Positions 29,126-41,500 of a stretch of DNA of 42,839 nt are shown here, piece after piece; position 1 is the stretch's first letter, and the number at the start of each line of letters is the position of its first letter. The notes under the pieces are model-generated. The model was not told the origin of the DNA and did no database searches. It saw only the letters and a list, made by a program, of their open reading frames with translations. This stretch comes from a bacterium (GTDB taxonomy: Bacteria; SM23-31; JAUVVT01), in assembly GCA_030616165.1 (NCBI GenBank), contig JAUWXV010000003.1, positions 1 to 42,839 on the forward strand. The letters are read 5' to 3'. Made by a program: the position numbers and the translations under genes.

Positions 29126-31444
29126 ATGTCAAATACAAGAACTAGAGTTTTATTAATTGAAGATAATAAAGTTGACCAGATGGCTTTTAAGCGTTTGGTT
29201 AAAGATGAAAATCTTTCATACGACTGTACTATAGCCGATTCTGTTTCGGAAACTAAAAAGATTTTAGATGCTAAAAAATTCGATATTATTGTAGCTGATT
29301 ATCTTCTTGGGGATGGCACAGCATTTGATATCTTTGATTTAGTCAAAGATGTTCCGATTATTATTACAACTGAAGTGTATAATAAAGAAATAATATCCAA
29401 AGCCATGCAAGTCGGTTCTTCCGATTACCTGATAAAAGATTCTGAACGTTATTATTTTAAACTCCTACCAGTGACTATCGAGAAAGCAATCGAGTATAAA
29501 AATATAGAAAAAATTTTTAGAGAATCTGATAAAAGACTTAGTTCAATTCTAAAAACCATTCCTGATATTGTCTATAGGTTAGATGTCAACGGAATTATAA
29601 CTTTCATAGGTGATGCAGTGAGAAAATATGGATATTTTCCCGAAGAGTTAATCGGTACTGATTTCTTAGAATTAATTCATCCTGAGGACAGAAAAAAAGC
29701 ATGGTTTAGAATCAATGAAAGAAGAACTGGGGATAGGAGTACAAAATGTTTAGAGGTACGACTATTGAAAAAAGATCATACTGCTGTTCCATTTCAAATC
29801 AAATCAAGAGTTATCGAAAAAGAACCAATTTTTCTTATATCTGCAGAAGGATTTTATACTTCAGATAGACCCAAAACAGAGAATTTTATGGGAACTCAAG
29901 GTATTGCCAGTGACATCACAGCACAAAAGATAATAGAAGAGAAACTTAAGCGAGTTGAGCAGGAAAAAGCCACCATTCTTAACAGTATTACAGAACTTGT
30001 GGAATATAAAGACAAAGAAATGAAAATAATATGGGCAAACAAAGCTGCATGTGAATCAGCAGGTTTGCCTTTAAAAGAATTGGTAGGACGTCATTGTTAT
30101 GAAATATGGCAGCACCGTACTAAACATTGTGTAGAGTGTCCGGTTTTGAAAACCCTTGAGAATGGTAAAGTACAAGAAGGAGAAATAACTTACCCAGATG
30201 GAACAGTCTGGTTTGTACGAGGTTATCCAGTTTTAGATATAAGTGACAATGTCGTAGGTATGGTACAGATTAAATTGAACACCACTGAGCATAAATGTTT
30301 AAAGGAACAACTCCTCCAATCGGAAAAACTTTCTTTAGTTGGACAATTTATGTCAGGAATTGCACATGAACTAAATAATCCATTGGGAATCATATCTGGA
30401 TACTGTGAATTAATGAAATCTTTTCCAAATATTGGAGATGAAGAACAAAAAATACTTGATAAAGTGGTTCAGGCAGCTGAAAAATGTTCGACTATTGTAA
30501 AAAATTTACTCAAGTTCTCACGAAAACATGAGACGGAAAAAGCAAATATAAATATAAATAATATATTATATGATGTTGTAAGTATAAGTAAAAATCAATT
30601 TAAAGTTAACAACATTATAATAGAGAAGAACTTTTCTGAGTTATTACTAATGACAGTCGGTGATTCAAATCAATTAAATTCTGTATTCTTAAATCTTATT
30701 AATAATGCTTACGATGTAATGTACAGTGCAAATAAAAAAGGTAAATTGATAATAAAAACATATCAGGAAAATAATAACATAGTTATTGAGTTTATCGATG
30801 ATGGTCCAGGAATTCCCGAAGAGATTCAATGTAAAATATTTAAACCTTTCTTTACAACAAAAAAAGTTGGGAAAGGAACTGGTTTAGGCTTAAGTCTTTG
30901 TGCTGGAATTATTCAGGAACACAGAGGGCAATTATATTTAGATAAAACCTATAATCAGGGTGCAAAGTTTGTTGTTAAGATTCCTATATTAGAATCAATA
31001 AAAGAAAAAGTTATCAAAGAAAAAGCTATGGAACTTCCATATAAAGCAAATATCTTAGTGATTGACGATGAACCAGAAATATTAAGTTTACAAAAAAATC
31101 TATTGGAATCTAAGGGTTGTTATGTAGATATTGTTGATACTGGTAAAAAAGGTTTTGATTTAGTTAAGAAGAATAATTATGATATAATTATATGTGATAT
31201 GAAAATGCCAGGTAATATGGATGGAGAGGGGATATACGAACAGATAAAATTAAAAGATGAGGAATTGGCAAAAAGAATTATTTTTGCAACAGGTGATATA
31301 TCAGATGAGACTAAGGAATTTTTCGAAAAAAATAATATTTTATACATAATAAAGCCATTCAAGATTAAAGATTTTTTAACTGTAATTGGTCAAGGAATGA
31401 AAAGGAAAGTGTTTGTAAAAAAGTGTGAGGAGAATTGTTCATAA
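29126..31444 (+). CDS. Hybrid sensor histidine kinase (REC-PAS-PAS-HisKA-HATPase-REC)
   Basis: VLLIED receiver; PAS motifs (ELIHPEDR; WANKAA...GRHCYE); GIAHELNNPL; NLINNA, DDGPGI, FFTTKKVGKGTGLGL; C-terminal ILVIDDE...CDMKMP. Confidence 0.95.
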   Translation: MSNTRTRVLLIEDNKVDQMAFKRLVKDENLSYDCTIADSVSETKKILDAKKFDIIVADYLLGDGTAFDIFDLVKDVPIIITTEVYNKEIISKAMQVGSSDYLIKDSERYYFKLLPVTIEKAIEYKNIEKIFRESDKRLSSILKTIPDIVYRLDVNGIITFIGDAVRKYGYFPEELIGTDFLELIHPEDRKKAWFRINERRTGDRSTKCLEVRLLKKDHTAVPFQIKSRVIEKEPIFLISAEGFYTSDRPKTENFMGTQGIASDITAQKIIEEKLKRVEQEKATILNSITELVEYKDKEMKIIWANKAACESAGLPLKELVGRHCYEIWQHRTKHCVECPVLKTLENGKVQEGEITYPDGTVWFVRGYPVLDISDNVVGMVQIKLNTTEHKCLKEQLLQSEKLSLVGQFMSGIAHELNNPLGIISGYCELMKSFPNIGDEEQKILDKVVQAAEKCSTIVKNLLKFSRKHETEKANININNILYDVVSISKNQFKVNNIIIEKNFSELLLMTVGDSNQLNSVFLNLINNAYDVMYSANKKGKLIIKTYQENNNIVIEFIDDGPGIPEEIQCKIFKPFFTTKKVGKGTGLGLSLCAGIIQEHRGQLYLDKTYNQGAKFVVKIPILESIKEKVIKEKAMELPYKANILVIDDEPEILSLQKNLLESKGCYVDIVDTGKKGFDLVKKNNYDIIICDMKMPGNMDGEGIYEQIKLKDEELAKRIIFATGDISDETKEFFEKNNILYIIKPFKIKDFLTVIGQGMKRKVFVKKCEENCS

Positions 31445-31513
31445 ATTTTCTATCAATGAAAGGAGCAACTGATTTTCTTGCCAAAAAATCTTGTAAACTC
31501 TTGTTATTATTAG

Positions 31514-31587
<74 letters not shown>

Positions 31588-31623
31588 GTGTTTTTTTAAA
31601 GTATGTTGCAAACATACTTTATA

Positions 31624-31665
31624 TGATTAAGAGTCAGTTGCTCTGACCAATTCAACTATTGGCGC
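31624..31665 (-). pseudogene. Degenerate 5' half of tRNA-Lys(CTT)
   Basis: GCGCCAATAGTTGAATTGGTCAGAGCAACTGACTCTTAATCA matches the adjacent tRNA up to the anticodon stem. The T-arm and 3' acceptor strand are absent. Confidence 0.85.
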
Positions 31666-31683
31666 AACTTTTTTAAGCATGAG

Positions 31684-31757
31684 TGAGGCTGGAAGGAATC
31701 GAACCTTCGACCAACGGCTTAAAAGGCCGGTGCTCTACCTAACTGAGCTACAACCCC
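31684..31757 (-). tRNA. tRNA-Lys(TTT)
   Basis: Minus strand reads GGGGTTG TAGCTCAGTTAGGTAGAGCA CCGGC-CT-TTT-AA-GCCGT TGGTC GAAGG-TTCGATT-CCTTC CAGCCTC A. CCA is not encoded. Confidence 0.95.
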
Positions 31758-31773
31758 GTTTTTAAAAACCCTA

Positions 31774-31802
31774 AATTTAAAAATTAGATATTTTAATGTC
31801 AA
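31774..31802 (-). promoter_or_regulatory. sigma70-type promoter of the tRNA-Lys operon
   Basis: Minus strand TTGACA, 17 nt, TAAATT, ending 16 nt before tRNA-Lys(TTT). Confidence 0.6.
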
Positions 31803-31812
31803 ATAAAAAATT

Positions 31813-33201
<1,389 letters not shown>

Positions 33202-33284
33202 GTAAATATTTCCTAACTTTTTCTTGACATTATTTATTATTTACTATATTTTAAAAAATATAAATAGTTTTTATTTTACGGTAT

Positions 33285-33509
33285 CTGAACTTTGGTAATT
33301 TTTATAAAATTCAATATTTTTCACAAAATTTGCATATGGCTTTTAGATAAAACCTGCTACCTTGTCATTCCGAAACCTGTGCTGAACTTGATTCAGTATT
33401 GTTTCGGAATCTATTGTTTAATTATAGTTTAGATGCTGAAACAAGTTCAGCATGACTGAATTCTCTTACTTTAATTTGAACTACATTAAATAAATTTACC
33501 AAAGTTCAG
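33285..33509. mobile_element. MITE-like element with 14-bp terminal inverted repeats enclosing a palindromic repeat
   Basis: CTGAACTTTGGTAA ... TTACCAAAGTTCAG. Internal GTCATTCCGAAAC..GTTTCGGAATCT and AGATGCTGAAACAAGTTCAGCATGAC palindromes. Confidence 0.6.
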
Positions 33510-33545
33510 TAAGACATATAAAATTTTGAGGTTATATTTGTGGAA

Positions 33546-33645
33546 AAAATGGAATGATATGAAAAACGAATCTTTTTAATTGATGGGTATGCATCGGCGC
33601 ATAGCTCATATTTTACATTTATAAGTAATCTCTTAATAAATTAAA
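33546..33645 (+). pseudogene. Degenerate duplicate of the polA 5' end (upstream bases and first ~29 codons)
   Basis: aaatggaatgatatgaaaaa...tttttaattgatgggtatgcat.ggcg...cttaataaatt aligns with about 35198-35297. Confidence 0.88.
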
Positions 33646-33647
33646 CA

Positions 33648-33705
33648 GATTTATTTAGATATTAGGATTTAGGATTTATTTAGATATTAGGATTTAGGAT
33701 TTATT
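33648..33705. repeat. Tandem repeat, 25-bp unit x 2.3
   Basis: GATTTATTTAGATATTAGGATTTAG twice, then GATTTATT. Confidence 0.9.
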
Positions 33706-33773
33706 ATTGTGTTTAGGTTTCCATTTTTTGTGTTAAAATTGAACAGAACATTATATTAAATTGAGGCATTAAA

Positions 33774-35131
33774 ATGAATCATATTAATGAAACGCTCATA
33801 TTGGTGTTGTTGTTTGTTATTCTTATATCAACAAATGTGATTGCAGGGGACATGATAAAGATTGGAGTGGCGACTGTTGATATAACTCCTGAGGAAAAAA
33901 TCTGGCTTGCAGGGTATGGAAACAGAAATAAGCCATCGGAAGGAGTTATACATCCGCTTCATGCAAAAGCGATAGCTTTCGAGGACGAAAGCGGCTCAAA
34001 AGCCGTTATAGTTACCACGGATTTGATTGGTCTTCATCGTGAACTTACAGAGGAAATTGCCAGCCGTGTCAGAGATGAACTTGGTATACCGCGAGCACGA
34101 TTGATGCTCACCTCAAGTCATACACATACCGGGCCGATTTTGTATGCATCGAATTTGCAAATGTTCGACCTATCGGAAAAAGAATGGAAAACAATTGCCG
34201 ACTATACCGGGTTTCTCAAGCGTGCATTATTTAAGGTCATACAAAATTCTATACTTGACTTATCTCCGTGTTCTCTCTCGTTCGGCAAGGAAGAGGCAAA
34301 CATTGCCAGGAACCGAAGGATTTCTGTAAAAGGTAGGGTTAATATCGGCAATAATCCGGCTGGACCGACTGACCCTGAAGTACCTGTATTGGCTGCTTTT
34401 GATACAGAAGGTAATCTAAAAGCGGTCTTATTTGGGTATGCATGTCATGGAACCACTTTAACAGGAAGGCATTACCGGATTTGCGGTGACTATATGGGAT
34501 TTACTCAGGAGTATCTGGATTTGGCTCAACCAGCCTCTATGTTCCGGGATGTGGTGCGGATGCTAACCCGTATCCACGAGGAACTTTAAAAGATGCCCGG
34601 CTTAACGGGATGACTATTGCGGGGGCAGTGGCGGATGTTCTCAGGCATGAAATGAAACCCATCATTGGGTCCATTAAATGTGACTATAAACTTGTGGATT
34701 TAGCATTTGCAGAAATACCCTCTGCCGGTGAGTTTCGGAAGCGGCTTAATTCTAAAAACTCCACTGAGCGCCGGCATGCACGTCACTTTTTAGATATATT
34801 GGAAAAGGGGGAAGCAATTCCCAACACGTATGCTTATCCTGTACAGGTTTGGCGATTTGGTGATGATTTGACAGTTGTCTCCCTTGGTGGTGAGGTCGTG
34901 GTTGACTATGCCTTGCGACTCAAAAGAGAACTTGCAACAGAAAATTTATGGACAATTGCTTTTGCTAATGATGTATGTGGATACATTGGTTCGGCACGAA
35001 TCCTCTATGAGGGAGGATATGAGGCTGACGGTTCGGCGATTTATTATACCTTGCCTACACGTTGGGCATACGATGTGGAAGAACGTATAATCTCGGCAGT
35101 TCATGAAATTGTTGAAAAGATGAAAAATTAA
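33774..35131 (+). pseudogene. Neutral/alkaline ceramidase-like secreted hydrolase, frameshifted
   Basis: VDITP...LAGYGNR, SHTHTGP, RNRR, GYACH.T, GDYMG. The frame changes near 34535 to LYVPGCGADANPYPRGT, continuous with ORF 34610..35131 (GGEVVVDY, ANDVCGYI, EGGYEA). Confidence 0.82.
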
Positions 35132-35210
35132 CCGCAGAGGCGCAGAGAAGAAGAGAGAAAATATTTTAAAAGGATAATATTATTTTTTTCCCCATATAAA
35201 ATGGAATGAT

Positions 35211-37928
35211 ATGAAAAAAAGACTATTTTTAATTGATGGGTATGCATTGGCGTATCGGTCTTATTTTGCATTTATAAAAAATCCCTTAATAAATTCAAAA
35301 GGCGAAAATACAAGTGCAATGTTTGGATTTTCTAATTCGCTTTATAAAATATTAAGAGAGGAGAATCCTGATTATATAGCGGTTGTATTTGATACACCTG
35401 CACCTACATTCAGGCATAAGAAATTTCCGGATTATAAGGCAACCAGACAGAAAATGCCCGATGAAATGCAACCGCAAATTCCAAAAATAAAGGAGATTGT
35501 TGAAGCTTTCGGGATACCGGTGATAGAACTCGATGGATATGAAGCAGACGATATTATGGGCACTATAGCAAAATCTGTAAAAGACAAAGGATTAGAGACT
35601 TTTCTTGTTACCGGTGATAAAGATTTTCTGCAACTTATTGAGGATAATATTAAAATGTACAACCCTAAAAAAGGGGGTGAGGAAACGGAGATAGTTGATA
35701 AAATTAATATTGAGCAAAAAATAGGCATCAAACCGGAGCAGGTGACAGATTTCCTCGGGCTTATGGGGGATAGTTCGGATAATGTGCCGGGTGTTCCCGG
35801 AATTGGTCCGAAAACTGCATTACAGTTATTAAAAGAGTTCGGCAGTATTGAAAATATTGTAAAAAATAAAGAAAATATTAAAAAAGAGAATATAAGAAAT
35901 AAAATAAAAGAATTTTCAGAACAGGCATTTTTATCACGTGAACTGGTTACTATTGATACTAAAGTTCCGCTTGACATCGATGTTGAATCCTTAAAATATC
36001 ATAAAATTTACAGCCAGAAACTTGCAGAACTTTTCAAAGAACTTGAGCTTAACTCTCTTTATGATAAAATATTTGAACGCTATGTGTCGGAAGAAGTAAA
36101 AAGGAAACGAAGATATCATACAATAACTTCATCAGAAGAATTATCAAGACTAATAGATAATATTAAATCTCAGGCAAAATATTTTTCATTCGATACTGAA
36201 ACCACCAGTGAATATCCATTTACTGCCGAACTTGTAGGCATATCGATTTCTTTTAAAGAGAATGAAGCATATTATGTTCCTGTTGTGCATCCGGAGATGA
36301 ATGAAACTAATACTATCACCCTTGAAGAAATAATAGAGAAATTAAAACCATTATTAGAGGACTCCACTTATGGGAAATGCGGTCAGAATGTAAAATATGA
36401 CGTTCATATTCTCGAAAGGTATGGGATAACCGTTAAGGGGATAGATTTTGATACTATGGTCGCATCATATCTTATTAATCCCAGCCTCCGTCAGCACAAT
36501 CTGGATGCATTAAGTGAGAGATTCTTAAATTACAGGAAAATCCCAACTTCTCAACTAATTGGAAGTGGTAAAAATAAGATTAGTATGGATAAAGTTCCAC
36601 TGGAAAAGATTTCAGAATATGCCTGCGAAGATGCTGATATAACATTAAGGTTAAAAAATTATCTCGGGAATGAATTAAAAAATCAAAGATTGTGGGACCT
36701 ATTTAGGAATGTTGAAATCCCGCTAATCGAGGTACTTATTGAAATGGAGAGGAATGGAGTTTCACTTGATGTATCATTACTTAAAGAGATGTCTATAAAA
36801 ATAGAAAAACAATTGAAGGGATTGGAAGAAGAAATATATAACATAGTGGGTGAAGAATTTAATATCAATTCCCCTCAGCAACTCGGTAAGGTTCTCTTTG
36901 ATAAACTTGAAATCCACAAGGAATTAGGATTAAAGAGACCTAAAAAGACAAAAATCGGATACTCAACAGATGTGAGTCAACTTGAAAGATATATTCGTCA
37001 TCCTCTTATTAATAAATTACTCGAATATCGACAGTTAAAAAAATTGAAATCGACCTACGTTGATTCTCTTCCAAAACTGATTAATCTTACAACTGGAAGG
37101 ATTCATACTTCGTATAATCAGACCGTAACCGCTACTGGAAGACTTTCTTCAAGCAACCCGAATCTTCAGAATATTCCAATTAGAAGTGAATTAGGTAGAG
37201 AAATAAGAAGAGCATTTATACCTGAACATCCTGATTGGTTTATCCTTTCCGCCGATTATTCACAGATTGAACTGCGCCTTATGGCTCATCTTTCAGGTGA
37301 TGAAAAACTTGCTGAATTGTTTATAAAGGGTGATGATATTCATAGAGAAACAGCAGCACTTGTATTTCATATTTCCTCTGGGGATGTCACAGAAGAGATG
37401 AGATATAAGGCAAAGTCCATTAATTTTGGTATAATTTATGGAATGGGTGCCTATGGACTTGCTAAGGAACTCGATATAACCCCTGAAGAAGCCCGGGAGT
37501 TTATTGATGCATACTTTATAAATTATCCTAATGTGAATAAGTATATTATAAGTCAAATATTCTTAGCACGAAATAATGGTTATGTCTCTACACTTTTAGG
37601 AAGGACGAGATATCTTCCTGATATTAATAATGATAACCAGAGGATAAGAAAGAGTGCAGAAAATATTGCGATTAATACACCGATTCAGGGCACTGCTGCT
37701 GATATGATAAAACTCGCTATGATTAATATTTACAGAAAGATAAAACAAAATAAAATAAAGACGAAAATGATCATTCAGATACACGATGAACTGGTATTTG
37801 AACTTCCAGAATCGGAAATAGAACTGGCTAAATCAATAATAAAGAGCGAGATGGAGAATGCTTTAAAATTATCAGTCCCGATAAAAGTGGATATAAGTAT
37901 AGGAAAGAATTGGCTTGAAGCACATTGA
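35211..37928 (+). CDS. polA: DNA polymerase I
   Basis: LFLIDGYALAYRSYFA 5'-3' exonuclease; FDTET proofreading domain; TGRLSSSNPNLQNIP, SADYSQIELR, AKSINFGIIYG, QIHDEL. Confidence 0.99.
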   Translation: MKKRLFLIDGYALAYRSYFAFIKNPLINSKGENTSAMFGFSNSLYKILREENPDYIAVVFDTPAPTFRHKKFPDYKATRQKMPDEMQPQIPKIKEIVEAFGIPVIELDGYEADDIMGTIAKSVKDKGLETFLVTGDKDFLQLIEDNIKMYNPKKGGEETEIVDKINIEQKIGIKPEQVTDFLGLMGDSSDNVPGVPGIGPKTALQLLKEFGSIENIVKNKENIKKENIRNKIKEFSEQAFLSRELVTIDTKVPLDIDVESLKYHKIYSQKLAELFKELELNSLYDKIFERYVSEEVKRKRRYHTITSSEELSRLIDNIKSQAKYFSFDTETTSEYPFTAELVGISISFKENEAYYVPVVHPEMNETNTITLEEIIEKLKPLLEDSTYGKCGQNVKYDVHILERYGITVKGIDFDTMVASYLINPSLRQHNLDALSERFLNYRKIPTSQLIGSGKNKISMDKVPLEKISEYACEDADITLRLKNYLGNELKNQRLWDLFRNVEIPLIEVLIEMERNGVSLDVSLLKEMSIKIEKQLKGLEEEIYNIVGEEFNINSPQQLGKVLFDKLEIHKELGLKRPKKTKIGYSTDVSQLERYIRHPLINKLLEYRQLKKLKSTYVDSLPKLINLTTGRIHTSYNQTVTATGRLSSSNPNLQNIPIRSELGREIRRAFIPEHPDWFILSADYSQIELRLMAHLSGDEKLAELFIKGDDIHRETAALVFHISSGDVTEEMRYKAKSINFGIIYGMGAYGLAKELDITPEEAREFIDAYFINYPNVNKYIISQIFLARNNGYVSTLLGRTRYLPDINNDNQRIRKSAENIAINTPIQGTAADMIKLAMINIYRKIKQNKIKTKMIIQIHDELVFELPESEIELAKSIIKSEMENALKLSVPIKVDISIGKNWLEAH

Positions 37929-37963
37929 TTTTTTTTAGAATATTTTTAAATATTTCATATATT

Positions 37964-38106
37964 AAGATACTACTGAAAAAGTAGATTACCATGTTGTTGC
38001 ACTACTCGTGATGACATGTAAGTTTATTGTCATTGCGAGTCCCGAGTACTCGGGACGTGGCAATCTCATCTTAAATTAACTGTATATTTGACTTTTTCAA
38101 CAGTCT
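37964..38106. repeat. MITE/REP-like palindromic element downstream of polA
   Basis: Degenerate ends TGAAAAAGT / ACTTTTTCAACAGTC. Internal AGATTACCA..CTCGTGATGAC and GTCATTGCGAG..CGTGGCAATCT arms, plus the perfect 18-bp palindrome GTCCCGAGTACTCGGGAC (38039-38056). Confidence 0.6.
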
Positions 38107-38573
38107 TATTAAAATAAAAAAATAAATTAATTTTTTTAAATGATTTATTTTTGAATTGATGTATCTTTAATTGGAAATTCTTACATCAAACAAAAATAAA
38201 TTTTTTTTATATTGTGATATATATCACAGTAATTATTTATTAAAACCTTAAATTTTATGTAAGATAACTTTATTTTTGGGCTTATAATGTGTAATTCCAA
38301 AAAGATTTTCCATTATCCAAAAAAAGAAGGCAAATTCTTAAAAGCCAAAAAAAATGTCGTTCATTAAATAATAATTGTTATTAAAAAAAATAATTTTTAT
38401 ATTAAAGTATATCTTTATCTAAATTTAAATATAAAGTTTTGGTATAATTTATTTGAACTTTAGTAAATTTTTATTTTCATTAAATCTTCTACTTTCTTTT
38501 AAAAAAGAGAGTAGGTTCTGCTGCAGTCTGACTGAGGCAGAAAAAAAACTTAAAATTATCCCTGATATTCGGG

Positions 38574-41500
38574 ATGCTTAAATTTTTCATCTGCTATATG
38601 AGAAAAAATTTACATTTGCAAATTTTTGTATTTGTAATAATTATACTTTTTTGTTTACCTGCCGTTCTATATGGAGGGATTTTAAGGAAGAATCTTAGTA
38701 TAGAATTACCCGGAGTCTACGCTGGAGCGGTTGCTTGTGGGGACTTGAATAAGGACGGTCTTCCTGACCTTGTTATTATTGGTGAGACAAAAATAAACGG
38801 AAATTTGATAAGAATAGCAAAAGTATATCAGAATACCGGGAGTGGATTTATTGAAGATGAAAATACTATTACAGGTCTCTATTTTGGTTCAGTTGCACTG
38901 GGGGATTATGATAATAATGGGTATCTGGATCTGGCTGTTTCGGGAATAGATTCGGAAGATAATAATGTGCTTGAAGTTTATAAAAATATTTCTTCTAAAG
39001 GAGGTAAAATAAAATTTGACCTTGATAATCAGCAGTCAGAAATATTATCTTTAAAATACCAACTTCGATACAGTTCACTTGATTGGGGCGATTATAATAA
39101 AGACGGATTATTAGATTTAGCAGTCTGCGGGATGAGTTATTTTGGCGAAGCAAGCACGATGGTTTTTAAAAATCGAGGCGGATTGACTTATATTTTGGAA
39201 GAAGATGTTTCTCAGGTTCTCCTTAATGTAAATAAGGGACAGATAAGGTGGGTGGATTATGATAATGACGGCGATCTTGACCTGAGTGTGTGCGGATTTA
39301 ATACTCTGGGAAGAAGAGCCGCAAAAATATTTAAGAATGACCCGGTTGGAATTTTAAGAGATGATAAAGATAATTCTGAGGTCATTTTCAAATTATCGAG
39401 TTGCTATTTAGAGTGGGGAGACGCCGACAATGATGGAGACCCCGACCTTTTACAGTCGGGATGGAATGATGTATGGTGGGCACATGTTTCTCTCCTTGAA
39501 AATAAATTGGGCGGAAATCTTGGCGATGATATTTTAAATGAATTGACATATTATAATCCGGAACTATTGATGGTCGGTCCTGTTGCATGGGGTGATTATG
39601 ACAACGACGGTGATTTTGATATTGCGATGATGGGAACAAATGAATTTTCTCAAGTTCTTGCTTTCGTTCTGAAAAATAGTAAAGGAAAATTTGAAATAGA
39701 TAATCAGCAGACCGAATTTACAGGGCTGAAAAACGGATTTCTGAAATGGTTCGATTATAATGACGACGGAAAACTTGACCTGATTGCTGGAGGAGAGGAT
39801 GAATATGGTAACAGAAAAACTATAATTTACCAAAATGACGAGACAAAAGTTGCTTCGAAACCTTTCCCCCCAAATGAACTCAAACCTGTTTTTGTTACCA
39901 ATAATGATGTAACGTTTTCCTGGGGTGAAGGCGACGATGTTGATTATACAGACAGCAGGATTCTTACATATAACCTTAGAGTTGGTCAGACACCCGGGGG
40001 AAATGATATATATTCAAGTGAGATTCCTGTTGGAAACGGAAATGTTGGAAATAAATTGAGTTTTAAATTAAATATCCCTCTCTCAAGAACAACCTACTAC
40101 TGGTCGGTTAGAACGGTGGATGCTCAGTATCAGGTTTCTGAAGAATATTATCCTGAAAAAAGTTTTCTGGTGAGAAGATTTGTAAACTCTAACCAGAGCA
40201 TAACAGATTTACAGCAGTCTGCCCTTGCATGGGGTGATTATAATAACGATGAATCTCCAGACCTTGTAGTCTCTGGTGAGGATATTAACGGTAAAAGCAG
40301 AACTGTTCTGTTTGACAATGAAAATGGTGTATTGAAGGAAAATACTGAAATCATACTTCCATACTTTAAGAACGGCTCTTTCGCTTGGGGAGATTATGAT
40401 AATGACGGTGACTTAGACCTTGCTTTATCTGGAAGTTTAGAAATGGGGATAATTTCTCTTATTTTAAAAAACAATCCCACGGGCACTTTGGTGTCAGATG
40501 AAATAAATTCATATACGATTGAAAATGTCGATCAATCTTCAATGGATTGGGGTGATTATGATAATGACGGTGATGTTGACCTTGTTCTGATCGGAGTGGA
40601 TGGCAGTGGAAACTACATTACCAAAATATATCAAAATTCCAATGGTACTTTAAAAGAGGACACAAATCAAAATCTTTCGGGCTATGCAAATGGTAAGGTA
40701 AAATGGATAGATTATGATAATGACGGTGACCTTGACCTGACAGTTATTGGAGATAATCTTGATTATGATTCCGGAAGGATTTATATAAATGATGGTTCTG
40801 GAAACCTCACTGAAGATACTGCTTCTAATCTCCCCGCGGTCTTTTCAAGTGATATGGCATGGTGTGATTTTGATAGTGATGGTGATTTGGATGTTGTTGT
40901 TACCGGGTGGTCTCTCATTACGGATGATATTGAAATAAAGGTTCTGATTAATGACCCGGTCGGGAAATTAACAGTAGAGTCCGCTTTATCTTCGAAGTTA
41001 AAAGGGGTTAGGGGAGGTTCTATATGCTGGGGAGATTATGATAATGATGGTGATGCTGATTTAGTTATTTCCGGAAACGATGAAAATAATCAACCTATCT
41101 TAGAGGCTTATGAAAACAGGTACAATACTTTTAATCTCGATTATTATCAGATATTTTCTGGGGTTCAATTCAGTTCTATATCATTGATTGATATTGAAAA
41201 CGATGGAGACCTTGACCTTGTTACTATTGGTGCAGGTGGTATCGGCCTTACTTCATTTTCTACAGTTTACGATAATAATGAATCGGTCGTCAATCCAAAC
41301 GAAGCTCCTCAACCACCATCCAGATTAAAGTATGAACTTAATGAAGACCAGGTTGTATTAAGCTGGAACAGGGGAACAGACCTTGAAGATAACGGGACTG
41401 ATTCGCTTGCTTTAACTTATGTTTATAAAATGGGAACCACCCCGGGAGGAAGTGAAATAACATCCGCTAAATTTGAACCTGGATTCGGAAAACTGGGATT

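Noticed and set aside
31462-31471. GAGCAACTGA inverted match to tRNA-Lys as an att site
   Set aside because: Only 10 bp and in inverted orientation; compatible with chance.
35432-35977. 181-aa antisense ORF within polA, and similar antisense ORFs inside other long genes
   Set aside because: Shadow frames of real genes with no independent coding features.
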